Origin: a virus
Virus record (IMG/VR): IMGVR_UViG_3300018432_000013
Location: 1 to 64,000 of that record
Strand: one strand, 5' to 3'
DNA: 64,000 bases
The translations under genes were made by a program, and so were the position numbers. Positions within the stretch are counted from its first letter, which is position 1. Every line of letters starts with the position of its first letter. Positions 8,498 to 17,798 of the stretch are shown here, piece by piece. The notes under the pieces were generated by a model. That model saw only the letters and a list, made by a program, of their open reading frames with translations, did not search any database and was not told the DNA's origin.

Positions 8498-8781
8498 GCG
8501 CAGACAGCGACCTCGAACACTTTCGAGCAGGCGTACGCCACGCGCTCGACACCGCGCGCGACAACCCAGACTTTCGCCCGATCGCCTGTGCCATCGTCGA
8601 GGACTGGGTGCGCTCACTCGCGGGCCCTGCGGGCGGCATTGATGTCTCCATCCGCAACCACGGCCGGCGTATCGTCGGCCTCTGGCACGACGCAGATCAT
8701 CTCGCGCACAGCAGCTCCCTCTACGAGACGCTGGTCGCCTATCAGCAAGAACGCGAGCGCGCCGCAAAGGGATCCCTATGA
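8494..8781 (+). CDS. hypothetical protein
   Basis: GTGA and ATGA coupling on both sides. Confidence 0.7.
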   Translation: MSADSDLEHFRAGVRHALDTARDNPDFRPIACAIVEDWVRSLAGPAGGIDVSIRNHGRRIVGLWHDADHLAHSSSLYETLVAYQQERERAAKGSL

Positions 8782-9068
8782 CCCAGGTCGCGTCGCAAAA
8801 CCGGCTGTTCTACGCAGGCCCTCAGCACCTCGCTGGTGCTGTCGGCGCGGCCTACGAAGCGGGCTTTCCTGCGGTCAGCACGATTGGCCTTCGCGAGTGC
8901 CAAGACAAGCGCGGGCGTCGCCACACCGTAGTCCTCGTGGAGGTCCCCTGGTATCGCGCCAAAGACTGGTTTCTCCACAGCCGCGCTTCATTACTTGCAG
9001 TCCTAGAACAGCATCTTTACCGACCCGAGTACTTCACGCTCCACGTGAAGTGGGTGATGTTTGCGTGA
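8778..9068 (+). CDS. hypothetical protein
   Basis: ATGA coupling. Confidence 0.65.
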   Translation: MTQVASQNRLFYAGPQHLAGAVGAAYEAGFPAVSTIGLRECQDKRGRRHTVVLVEVPWYRAKDWFLHSRASLLAVLEQHLYRPEYFTLHVKWVMFA

Positions 9069-9085
9069 TGAGAGTGCGTGATCTC

Positions 9086-9095
9086 GGGCACCAAC
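9086..9095 (+). promoter_or_regulatory. RGGCACYAAC motif
   Basis: GGGCACCAAC 6 nt before ATG 9102. Confidence 0.55.
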
Positions 9096-9101
9096 ATGGC
9101 C

Positions 9102-9566
9102 ATGTACCTCTCGAACGAAGAGCTGTTCGCGATGGCCGTGACAGAGCTCGACGTGGAGATCCGCGAGCACCCCAACTTCATGCTGATCGCGGCCGCTTCT
9201 TCCGCGCTACTCGGTACGCTCTACGGCGCGGCAGACAGTCTGACCGAACATCAGACCCTGATTCTCTGTAAGAAACTCGGGTTTGCGCTTGAGTCGCACG
9301 ACGACGTCCGTGTCGTCATGAACATCATGCATCGGTTCTTGGAGCTGCAGGCCACGCAGCAACAAGAGCGTGCGGACGCTCCGCTGCAGGCGTTTGACGC
9401 GCTGTTCTTTCGCGATCGGCACGGCCGGCTGATGGCACGCTTTACCATCGGACTCTTCACCTTCGATGCCGTTGAGCTGACGGAGGAGTGGGAGGTGCAG
9501 TTCGTGCGCGCCTATCACGAATCCTTGCAGCAAGCCTTGGCAGCAGGGTTTGGAAAGAGAATCTAG
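9102..9566 (+). CDS. hypothetical protein
   Basis: Start could be 9078, 9096 or 9102. Confidence 0.7.
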   Translation: MYLSNEELFAMAVTELDVEIREHPNFMLIAAASSALLGTLYGAADSLTEHQTLILCKKLGFALESHDDVRVVMNIMHRFLELQATQQQERADAPLQAFDALFFRDRHGRLMARFTIGLFTFDAVELTEEWEVQFVRAYHESLQQALAAGFGKRI

Positions 9567-9568
9567 CC

Positions 9569-10093
9569 ATGCAACCAAGTACGCCAAAGGCCCTCTCGCC
9601 GATGACCGCCGCGCAGCGCAACAAGCTCTTCGGCCGCTTCGACTTTCAGGCCAAGCCACTCCCGAAAAATCCTGAGAACATCGTCATCACCGGAGGCTGG
9701 GCCAAGGAAAACCTCATCACCATTCCGCTCGGCGCGATCGAGCCCGCGCAAGGCAACGACCAGGCGGTCTTTCATCGCCTGGTCGCTCCGCGCATGCAAG
9801 AGCTCGTCGCCGAATGGGCAAGGCTTGGGCTCGCTGAGGACGTGCTCACGTGGAATGGCTCGTACTGCGCGCGCTTCGTGCGCGGCACGACGCGAAAGAC
9901 GCTGAGCGCGCACAGCTGGGGATCTGCCTTCGACATCAACGTGAAGTGGAACCTCCTCGGACGAGAGCCCGCCGCGCTCGGCACCAAGGGCTCCGTGCTG
10001 CGTCTCGTGCCTGTGGCCGAGAAGTACGGCTTCTACTGGGGCGGCCGCTTCACAAGACGGGATGCGATGCACTTCGAGTTGGCTCGGCTGTAG
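9569..10093 (+). CDS. endolysin, M15 family zinc peptidase
   Basis: SAHSWGSAFDIN (SxHxxGxAxD) and WGGRF..DAMHFE. Confidence 0.9.
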   Translation: MQPSTPKALSPMTAAQRNKLFGRFDFQAKPLPKNPENIVITGGWAKENLITIPLGAIEPAQGNDQAVFHRLVAPRMQELVAEWARLGLAEDVLTWNGSYCARFVRGTTRKTLSAHSWGSAFDINVKWNLLGREPAALGTKGSVLRLVPVAEKYGFYWGGRFTRRDAMHFELARL

Positions 10094-10117
10094 CGGACGC
10101 GCTGAGAAGGAGACGCT

Positions 10118-10765
10118 ATGGACTTCATCAACGGACTTGGCACCGTGCTCGAGAACATCAGCGAGCACGTACTGCCCCATGCGCCGTTTCTTGGCGTGAC
10201 GTTCATCCTATTGGTGATAGGCCACCGACTCTCGACACGCGTCTTTACCAAGTCACGCGCCTACCGCTTCTACGGTCCGGGACCGCAAGGCAAATGGAAG
10301 TGGCGCTTCTTCTATTGGGGGCGCGAGACGCTCCCCATGCAGCCCATTCTTGCGGGCGTAGTGATCGGCCTGCTCTGGCGAGACCCGGAAGGCCTTGGCT
10401 GGAATCGCGCTGCGTCGGTCGCCTACTTCGCCTCGTCCGGCGCAATCTCGATGATGCTCTGGGCGGTGATGAAAGCTTGGGCCAAGAAGAAGGGGCTTGT
10501 GCTGCTCCTGCCCGGAGAGAGTGAGCCGCCCGTAGGCATTCAGCCAGAAAGCCTGCGCCCCTACGACGACGTGCCCGCCCTTGTCGCGCCTACGCTCGAC
10601 GAAGCCTCCCGGGTCAGTGCATTCGAGGACAACGAGGAGCGCGCACCCACACTGCGCCCCTTGCCGCCACCACCGAGGCTCGATCCCAACTTGAAGATCA
10701 AGTTCACGACCATCACGCACTCGCCTGAAGAAGGCGAACCAGAAACCGAGAGCCGCAAGCCATGA
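10118..10765 (+). CDS. putative holin (about 3 TM helices, long Pro/acidic C-tail)
   Basis: Hydrophobic segments; directly after endolysin; AGGAG SD. Confidence 0.6.
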   Translation: MDFINGLGTVLENISEHVLPHAPFLGVTFILLVIGHRLSTRVFTKSRAYRFYGPGPQGKWKWRFFYWGRETLPMQPILAGVVIGLLWRDPEGLGWNRAASVAYFASSGAISMMLWAVMKAWAKKKGLVLLLPGESEPPVGIQPESLRPYDDVPALVAPTLDEASRVSAFEDNEERAPTLRPLPPPPRLDPNLKIKFTTITHSPEEGEPETESRKP

Positions 10766-11148
10766 TCCTCTACTGGGCGTATGCGCTGAAGCTCTGGACT
10801 TGGATACGCGACAACGCCTTGTGGCTTCTTCTGCTCGTGCTTGGTGCAGCTGCGGGACGCAAGCTCTTCGCGCGCAAAGACAGCGAGGTCAGCTCCCTCA
10901 AAGACGCACTCGACGTGCAGAAACATCAAGCGGCAATCGAAAACCTACGCGGGCGGCGCGAGGAAGCGCTGAAGCAAGATGCAGCGAGCGCGCAACTCGA
11001 AGCGCAGCGCAGCACCGAGCAGCTCATCCTTGAGGCGCGCATCGTCGACCACAAACGCAGCATCGTTGCGCTCCATCAGAAGTCGGTCGATGTGGCCACC
11101 CTCAGTGACACTGAAGTCGAGGAGCGTTTCCGTGACGCCGGGCTGTAG
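10762..11148 (+). CDS. putative inner-membrane spanin (Rz-like)
   Basis: N-terminal TM followed by coiled coil; lysis cassette position. Confidence 0.55.
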   Translation: MILYWAYALKLWTWIRDNALWLLLLVLGAAAGRKLFARKDSEVSSLKDALDVQKHQAAIENLRGRREEALKQDAASAQLEAQRSTEQLILEARIVDHKRSIVALHQKSVDVATLSDTEVEERFRDAGL

Positions 11149-11614
11149 GTGGCTTGTGATCTGCGTGCTCTGTAGCTTGAGCGCTGGCTTCGCGCGCGCA
11201 GAGGCACCCCTTCAGCTTGTCCCGGGCAAGCTGCTCACCGTGGGCAACGAGCGCGGCTACTGGTGGCCGCTTGCGACCGCCGAAGCCCTGCGGGCAGAGC
11301 ATCTCGAGCTCCCGCAGCTGCGGACGCTGCTCGCAACCAACGAAGAGCTCATCGCGCTGCTGAAGCAGCGCCTCGTAGAGAAGGACACGCGCTTCAAGCA
11401 GCTGCAGTTCGTCTGCGGACTTAGTGAAGCGCGTGCGTTGGTCGCTGAAGATGCCATCAGCGCAGCGATGCGCAGCGAGAACGCCGCAGACAAACGAGCA
11501 CGCGAAGCCGAAGAGAGTGCGCGTGCTTGGTATCGTCATCCCGCACTTTGGTTCTCAGCCGGCGCCGTGTTCGTAGCAGGCGCAGCAGGAGCAGGCTTTG
11601 CCGCCCTCAACTAA
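11132..11614 (+). CDS. putative second spanin component: signal peptide, coiled coil, C-terminal TM
   Basis: GTG 11132 after GAGGAG; WLVICVLCSLSAGFARA signal; LWFSAGAVFVAGAAGAGF tail. Confidence 0.5.
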   Translation: MTPGCRWLVICVLCSLSAGFARAEAPLQLVPGKLLTVGNERGYWWPLATAEALRAEHLELPQLRTLLATNEELIALLKQRLVEKDTRFKQLQFVCGLSEARALVAEDAISAAMRSENAADKRAREAEESARAWYRHPALWFSAGAVFVAGAAGAGFAALN

Positions 11615-12146
11615 ACTCCGTGCAACGCATCACGTCCTGATTGGACTCACACTGCTGTGGTTCTTCACGGTCAGCTTGCCGATCCTGGTGCTCGCCAAAG
11701 TGTGCGGCTTGGTCGCTGACGTGCGTCTGCTTCCAGACGTAGTTGTCGTCGCGGATATCTCCGCCCGCGGAGCCCGCTTTTGGAAGTGGTCCACGACGAT
11801 TGGCCGCCTGATTTTGATTCATCCAGTCGTTTACGAGCGCGACGGCTACGAACGCATCTTGGCGCATGAGCGAGTGCACGTTCGTCAGCACGAAGATCTC
11901 TGCTTCATCGCCTGGCAGCTGTCGCTGTTTTTTAGCCCGCTCGGTCTCGGTTTTTGGTGGGCAGGCCTTTTGCTCTGGTGGAGTGCCGGCCTCTGGCAGT
12001 TGTTAATGTACCTCTCAGCTGCCATGCGCTACGGCGCAGAAAACGCCTACGGCGAGGCCGAGCACGAGCGCGCAGCCTACGCGCAGACAGACGGTATTCA
12101 GCCCTGGTTGACCCGGCACGAAGCGAAGAGGGGTCGACTTTCGTGA
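11598..12146 (+). CDS. membrane protein with HExxH zincin motif
   Basis: ILAHERVHVRQ and downstream ERAAY; TM segments. Confidence 0.7.
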   Translation: MPPSTKLRATHHVLIGLTLLWFFTVSLPILVLAKVCGLVADVRLLPDVVVVADISARGARFWKWSTTIGRLILIHPVVYERDGYERILAHERVHVRQHEDLCFIAWQLSLFFSPLGLGFWWAGLLLWWSAGLWQLLMYLSAAMRYGAENAYGEAEHERAAYAQTDGIQPWLTRHEAKRGRLS

Positions 12147-12724
12147 CCTGGGCGCTCGGCATGGATCCCTCGCTCTCGCACACTGCGCTGGTGCTCGGCC
12201 ACGGCGACCCCGGCCAAAAGAAACAGGTCGCGCTACAGAGCTTCAAAATCAAGGTCGAGCTCAAGAAGTTCCCGCACGAGATCGCACGCCTCGGCGCGCT
12301 CGTGGAGCGCTTTCTCTCGGTGCTCGAGGTGTGCGAGGAAGAGATTCCCCGAGACGTCCCGCGCGTGCTCTGCCTCGAAAACTACTCCTTCGGCTCAGTC
12401 GGCCGCAACGCCCAGCTCGGAGAGTGGGGCGGCCAGATTCGCTTGCATGCCTGGTCACGTGGGTGGACCACGATCGCCATTCCTCCAACGACGCTGAAGA
12501 AGTTCGTCACCGGAAGCGGCAAGAGCGAGAAGGACATGCTGATGATGCATGTGCTGCAGCGCTGGAAGTACGAGTCGACGGACAACAACAACGCCGATGC
12601 GTATGCGCTCATGCGCGTGGGGCTCTTGTTCGCGTCACACCTGCAGGGCGAGCACGTCACGCAGGAGACACTCGACCTGTTCAAAAAGTGCGTGGTGTAC
12701 ACACCCTACGGAGCGACCGGATGA
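12143..12724 (+). CDS. ruvC: RuvC-like Holliday junction resolvase
   Basis: LGMDPSLSHT, CLENY, LKKFVTGSGKSEK, NNADAYAL. Confidence 0.85.
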   Translation: MTWALGMDPSLSHTALVLGHGDPGQKKQVALQSFKIKVELKKFPHEIARLGALVERFLSVLEVCEEEIPRDVPRVLCLENYSFGSVGRNAQLGEWGGQIRLHAWSRGWTTIAIPPTTLKKFVTGSGKSEKDMLMMHVLQRWKYESTDNNNADAYALMRVGLLFASHLQGEHVTQETLDLFKKCVVYTPYGATG

Positions 12725-12726
12725 GC

Positions 12727-13134
12727 CTACGAGTGCGGCAGGACTTCGGCGCCACCGAGACCGAGGTGATGATCGGTCGACCACACGCAGCCGATCTTCT
12801 TTTCCTCAAGGTGCACCAAGCTCGAGGCGTCGACGTACGTCAGCTTGCTGCCGCGCAGCCGCTCCAGCATCGCCACGACCGCCGTATGATGCGCTGCATT
12901 GGCCTCATAGATGCGAAGTCCCTTGAGTGCGTCAATCAACTGCCGAAAACTGCGCGCTGCCTCTTCGCCCGTACGATGCAGAAACCAGCTGTAGGTCTCG
13001 GCCACGACCAGGACCGACGTACTCCAGCGTGGAGGCGGCGCCCCGAAAAGTGCCACTGCTGCCTCGTGCCAGCGATCACGTTGGCTCATGAGGGCGATGA
13101 AGACGCCGCTATCCAAAAAGACCGCGCGGCTCAT
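12727..13134 (-). CDS. vapC: PIN-domain toxin
   Basis: VFLDSGVFIA, VVAETY, LTYVDASS, VWSTDHH. Confidence 0.9.
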   Translation of the reverse strand: MSRAVFLDSGVFIALMSQRDRWHEAAVALFGAPPPRWSTSVLVVAETYSWFLHRTGEEAARSFRQLIDALKGLRIYEANAAHHTAVVAMLERLRGSKLTYVDASSLVHLEEKKIGCVWSTDHHLGLGGAEVLPHS

Positions 13135-13361
13135 GGGTGCTCGCGACTGTACACCACGGCATCAACCGAGGCGCTGTCGCCAGGCTCCCCTTCGACTATC
13201 CCAGCAAAGGCCATCCAGGGCTGGTTGCCAGGAAGCTCGCGCGCGAGCTCTCCTTCGAGTCCGCGTCGGCAGAGTTCAGCGAGAGAGACACCCCTGCGTT
13301 TGGCAACCATTTTGGCGCGCTCGTAGAGCGCCTCATCAAACGATATCTGCGTTCTCACCAT
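13131..13361 (-). CDS. vapB: ribbon-helix-helix antitoxin
   Basis: MVRTQISFDE...AKRRGVSLAELCRRGL; ATGA coupled to vapC. Confidence 0.85.
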   Translation of the reverse strand: MVRTQISFDEALYERAKMVAKRRGVSLAELCRRGLEGELARELPGNQPWMAFAGIVEGEPGDSASVDAVVYSREHP

Positions 13362-13396
13362 GTTATCATGGTAACGCATCCGTGATAACACTGCAA
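13361..13396 (-). promoter_or_regulatory. vapBC promoter TTGCAG-N17-TACCAT with operator inverted repeat TGTTATCA..TGATAACA
   Basis: IR arms 13361-13368 and 13383-13390; -10 ends 6 nt before ATG. Confidence 0.7.
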
Positions 13397-13407
13397 GAGG
13401 TGAAGGG

Positions 13408-14181
13408 ATGAGCTGGAACTCTCAGAAGCTGCTCGATCACGGCGTCGTGTACTTGCTCGATGCCATGCCGCACTGGTCCGGCGATCACGCGACCGGGCTC
13501 ACCGCGGCCGACGCACGCATCGTACAAGCCGCGCGCGTCTCGATGGCGCACCTGCCACCTGAGATCCAGCGCGAGCTCGGCCTGGTGGTGGAGCCAGAGG
13601 AGCGTTCGATCGCATCGAATGAAAATCTCATTCGCTACCTGATGCGCAACGCGCACACTTCGCCGTTTGAGAAGGTGCGCTTCGAGTTCTTCGTGAAGCT
13701 GCCCATCTTCGTGGCGCGGCAGTGGATTCGACACCGCACAGGCTCTTTCAATGAGGTCAGCGCGCGTTACGCGCAGCTCCCGTGCGAGTTCTACGTGCCT
13801 GAGCCAGAACGCATGCAGGCGCAGAGCAGCAGCAACAAGCAGGCGAGCGGCGACAAGCTACCGCGCCCCATTGCGCAGGACTGCGCCGAGGAAATCAACG
13901 CCACGAGCTTCAGTGCCTACCTGAGCTACGAGCACATGCTGAACCGTGGCCTCGCCCGAGAGCTCGCACGCATGGTGCTGCCCACCAACTTCTACACCCA
14001 GTGGTACTGGACCGTGGATCTGCACAACCTCTTCCACTTCTTGAAGCTGCGCCTGCACCCGCATGCCCAGTACGAGATCCGCGTCTACGCAGAGGCCATG
14101 CTCGCCATGGTCGAGCGCGTGGCGCCTGTCGCGACGGCCGCCTTCCGCAGCCACATCCTACGCGAGGAGAAGCCCGCATGA
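13408..14181 (+). CDS. thyX: flavin-dependent thymidylate synthase
   Basis: HTSPFE, RQWIRHRTGSFNEVSARY, HAQYEIR. Confidence 0.96.
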   Translation: MSWNSQKLLDHGVVYLLDAMPHWSGDHATGLTAADARIVQAARVSMAHLPPEIQRELGLVVEPEERSIASNENLIRYLMRNAHTSPFEKVRFEFFVKLPIFVARQWIRHRTGSFNEVSARYAQLPCEFYVPEPERMQAQSSSNKQASGDKLPRPIAQDCAEEINATSFSAYLSYEHMLNRGLARELARMVLPTNFYTQWYWTVDLHNLFHFLKLRLHPHAQYEIRVYAEAMLAMVERVAPVATAAFRSHILREEKPA

Positions 14182-15092
14182 CTTTCCACGGCGTACAGGG
14201 AGCGGAAGACTACGACGGCTTTCCAAAGGGCTACGCGTATATGTTCGCGGAGCCGAAGTTCGATGGCTACCGCCTCGCCTCAGTGATCGTGGACGGCGTC
14301 GTGACGTTCTACTGCCGCGAGCCAAAGCCCGTCATGTGGGGCGCGAACCTCGACCACATCCGCAACGAGCTTCTCGAGCTCGGCTTCGACAACTGCATGG
14401 TCGATGGCGAGGTCATGGCCAACGACTGGAACAAGACGGGCATCATCCGGCTCGGCTGCGGCTCGAAGGGCTACAAGCGCCCGAGCGACGAAGTGCTCGC
14501 AGAGATTCATCGCGAGACCAAGTACTACGTCTTTGACTGGGTGGACCTCACCAAGGTCATGCACGTCGAAAACCGCCAGAAGAAGATGGTGCCGATCTTC
14601 CCGATGCCACTTGAGGCGCGTCAGGCCGAGCTCGCCACGTACCTGCGCGGCGCCGAGCTCACCGACATCCTGCGCCCCGTGCAGAGCGAGCGCGTGACGA
14701 GCGAGGCAGAGCTACAGGCCGCCTACCAGCGCGCGCTCACGCAGGGCTACGAGGGCCTCATCCTGAAGTTCCCGGCGAGCCTCTACGCCTTCATGAAGAA
14801 CAAGTGCTGGCGCAAGCTCAAGCCTCACGAAACCATCGAGCTGCAGGTCGTCGAGGTGGTCGAAGGCGAGGGCAAGCACCGCGGCCGCCTGGGCGCGCTT
14901 CGCTGCGTGAAGAAGGACGGCACCGAGGTCTCGGTCGGTACCGGCTGGAACGACCCGGAGCGAGAGCGCGTCTACCGCGAGCGTGCCCAGATCCCCGGCA
15001 AGATCATCGAGTGCGAGATCGCCACGTCCGCGGCCGCCAAGGCGCGCCACCCAGCCTTCAAGCGCTGGCGCGAAGACCGGACGAGCCTCTAA
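14178..15092 (+). CDS. ATP-dependent DNA ligase
   Basis: EPKFDGYR, VDGEV, YVFD, EGLILK, WRKLK motifs and OB domain. Confidence 0.93.
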   Translation: MTFHGVQGAEDYDGFPKGYAYMFAEPKFDGYRLASVIVDGVVTFYCREPKPVMWGANLDHIRNELLELGFDNCMVDGEVMANDWNKTGIIRLGCGSKGYKRPSDEVLAEIHRETKYYVFDWVDLTKVMHVENRQKKMVPIFPMPLEARQAELATYLRGAELTDILRPVQSERVTSEAELQAAYQRALTQGYEGLILKFPASLYAFMKNKCWRKLKPHETIELQVVEVVEGEGKHRGRLGALRCVKKDGTEVSVGTGWNDPERERVYRERAQIPGKIIECEIATSAAAKARHPAFKRWREDRTSL

Positions 15093-15096
15093 GCGC

Positions 15097-16377
15097 TCAT
15101 GGCGCGCCTGTCGTAAACCAAGCACCAAGGATGGTCTCCGTATCACCCACCTCCAACACGCCAGACTCGACCACGATGCGATACGCGTAGTCGACCGTGT
15201 TCACGAGATGCCCAGACGTGGTGACCGTAATCGTATCGTCATCCCCTCCACCAGGGCTCGTCGCAACTGCACCGTTGACCGTGGTTGGTGCTCCGGATGC
15301 TGCCTGCCTCACCACACGCACGTTCATACGATTCGCGCCTTCCGGCACAGCGGATGGAACGATCCGAGCCGTTGCGCTGATCAGAATCGATCCATGCGGC
15401 GGCTTGATGGGAATATTCCAGGTCTGCCGAACTGTGCCTGAAAAGGCCGGCACAAAGCCGACATCTGAGACGGTGCTCAGGGACCAGTCTGTTGACCGGC
15501 TGAAGCCGCTTGCGACATCGGCCATGTGAGTGCCCACCAGCTGTGCGGCAATCCACGCGTTCACAGCGTTGAGTCCGTCGGTCACGCCTGTGAGTCCGGC
15601 ACTCACGCTAGCGACCCCAGCCAGCGCCGACTGCGCATCCCCGTCCAGCTCCGCAATCGCGGCTTGTACGTTGGTGGCTGCGACGCTCCCCACGGGAGTC
15701 GATGTCACTGCCGCAGCGCTGACTGTTCCAGCGACTGCACCATTGACCGCCGCGAGCATGGCAGCCATGGCTTCCTGAATCGTCCGCGCCTGCAGCGAGA
15801 TGGGGGTATCCGCGATCGAGAAGACGTACTGTGTGCGGTTCGTCAGGATGTCGCTGTTCACGATCGAGGTCTGCCCGTTGACGAGCTTGACGTCCGCGAG
15901 CAGCACATGCCCAGCGCGCAGCAGAGGTCGCGAAGCCGTGCCTGCCGGCGCGGGAGCGCCTGCTGCGACCACGAAGCGGTAGCCTTCCGCGCGCGAGTAG
16001 AACACCGTCTCGCCTTCGCCATCGAGTCGCGGGTCGGACACGACACGCTCGAACTTCGCAAACACCGAGAGGTAGCGCTCCTGGCCGCCCGTGCTGACCG
16101 TTGTGGAGGCGCTGTTCTCATCGACGGACACATCCACATTCTCGTTCGTCGGAGCGAGGATGCGGTTGCCGGTCTCGTCGTACGCCACGAGCGGGCCCGT
16201 CACCGTCACACTGAGCAGTGGCGTTGGTGCGCGCTCACTGACGGCGCCATTGAGCGCCAGCCCAAAAAGCCCGGCACCCTGCACGACGCCCTGAATTGAT
16301 TGCTCTGCGGCAAGGAAGGCGGCGGAGAGCTCAGCCGGCGTCACGGGCTGCTTAAAGTACCAGTCGTATTGCTGCAT
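15097..16377 (-). CDS. tail fibre or baseplate-attached receptor-binding protein
   Basis: Last gene of baseplate cluster; ATNVQAAIAEL fibre-like coiled segment. Confidence 0.6.
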   Translation of the reverse strand: MQQYDWYFKQPVTPAELSAAFLAAEQSIQGVVQGAGLFGLALNGAVSERAPTPLLSVTVTGPLVAYDETGNRILAPTNENVDVSVDENSASTTVSTGGQERYLSVFAKFERVVSDPRLDGEGETVFYSRAEGYRFVVAAGAPAPAGTASRPLLRAGHVLLADVKLVNGQTSIVNSDILTNRTQYVFSIADTPISLQARTIQEAMAAMLAAVNGAVAGTVSAAAVTSTPVGSVAATNVQAAIAELDGDAQSALAGVASVSAGLTGVTDGLNAVNAWIAAQLVGTHMADVASGFSRSTDWSLSTVSDVGFVPAFSGTVRQTWNIPIKPPHGSILISATARIVPSAVPEGANRMNVRVVRQAASGAPTTVNGAVATSPGGGDDDTITVTTSGHLVNTVDYAYRIVVESGVLEVGDTETILGAWFTTGAP

Positions 16378-16403
16378 GCGAACCCCCAGGAGAGCGTACC
16401 AGG

Positions 16404-17798
16404 TCAGTGCAAGATAAAGTTCTCGCCGAGCAGCGAGTAGCCGAGCGCCACGTGATCGATTTCCGGCCCGACGGTGGATGTACCGTCGATGATGCGATGG
16501 TGCGTGTGCGGCGGCTTCATGAAGTCGACAAGCTCGTCGACACGCTTGTACTGCACCGCAGTGAGCGGCACTGCAGCGTGCACAGCAAAGCTGTAGAGCT
16601 GATACTGCGTCTCCGGACCGAGCACCGTGGTCTCTCCAAGCTCACCCACGCCGAGAAGCCACCCATCCCATGGGACGGGATGGATCTCCACCTCGAGCCC
16701 GAGCAAGAAACGCACAGCATCCACCACGCCGGGTGTTGTGCCCTTCTGCTGGTAGATGCTGACCAGCACGGCGAGTAGGCGCCGCCGATCGGCAAGGCTG
16801 AGCTCAGAGGTAGGGAAGGGGTTACCGAGATCAGCGAGCATAGCGTCGACGAAGCGCTCAGGTGCGAGGTCCGGATCGATCAAGTCTGCGAAGCGGTCGA
16901 TCTCGTACAGAAGGACATTTGTGACCTCCTGCAGCACGCTGATGAAGCGAAAGAGGTCGCGCGTCGACTTGTCCTCGCGCTTGTTCTGCTCGGGAATGAA
17001 GTCCCAAAGCTGAAAGCGCCGTCCTTCAGGCGTATCAGGGTTGAAGCCGGTGAACGTGATGCTGTTATTGGGGGGCTCGTCGACCACGTTGCCGCGCACA
17101 TCTCTCGCATTGCTCACGGTGAGCGTATATGCCGCGCCGAAAGTGAGTGGCGCAGAGAAGGTGAGGGCGACGGTCGTGTTGTCGATACGCTCTGCCGCCA
17201 CAGGCTGAAGCAGCACCGCGAACGTGCTCACCCTACTAAGCACATAGTTTTCCGGGTTGAGCGCGGTGGCGTTGCCGTCCACCTCCCCAAAGTCCATCGG
17301 CTCATCGAAGCGGGCGAGCACCGTCCGTACATCGCGCGCTCCCGCATTCTCAAGCGCAGGCCGGGTGAGATCCTGCATCGTGAATGACCACGATGCGATG
17401 GGGTCGCCGAATATTGAGGTGACTGTGACGGTCACAACCTCGCTCGACTGAAACGGCTGCGGCGGCACCATTGCGAACACGAGTACCGCAGGTTCGTCAG
17501 GGCTCAGCGGCTCTACATAGACCAACCAGCCACCTGTTTCGCCGCCCGCCTCGAAGACCGTGACGTCATTGACCGATACGCGATAGTTGCTTGCGTCCGG
17601 CAGGTTGCTGCCAGGATCGAAGATCTGGAACCTGATGTTCGACGCAAGATGCGTCTCCACAGGCGAGAAGTAGAGCGGAACCTCAATCTCACCGTCTTCC
17701 GGGATGCGATTGATGACGGTCTCGGCGTAGACATCCGAATCTTCAGTGACGAGCCCGACCTGAACACTGGGAAACTGCGTGATGATCGTATCTGCCAT
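16404..17798 (-). CDS. baseplate wedge protein (P2 gpI-like) with Ig-like domains
   Basis: IDPDLAPERFVDAML..YQQKGTTPGV; FDEPMD..YTLTVSNARDVRGN. Confidence 0.8.
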   Translation of the reverse strand: MADTIITQFPSVQVGLVTEDSDVYAETVINRIPEDGEIEVPLYFSPVETHLASNIRFQIFDPGSNLPDASNYRVSVNDVTVFEAGGETGGWLVYVEPLSPDEPAVLVFAMVPPQPFQSSEVVTVTVTSIFGDPIASWSFTMQDLTRPALENAGARDVRTVLARFDEPMDFGEVDGNATALNPENYVLSRVSTFAVLLQPVAAERIDNTTVALTFSAPLTFGAAYTLTVSNARDVRGNVVDEPPNNSITFTGFNPDTPEGRRFQLWDFIPEQNKREDKSTRDLFRFISVLQEVTNVLLYEIDRFADLIDPDLAPERFVDAMLADLGNPFPTSELSLADRRRLLAVLVSIYQQKGTTPGVVDAVRFLLGLEVEIHPVPWDGWLLGVGELGETTVLGPETQYQLYSFAVHAAVPLTAVQYKRVDELVDFMKPPHTHHRIIDGTSTVGPEIDHVALGYSLLGENFILH

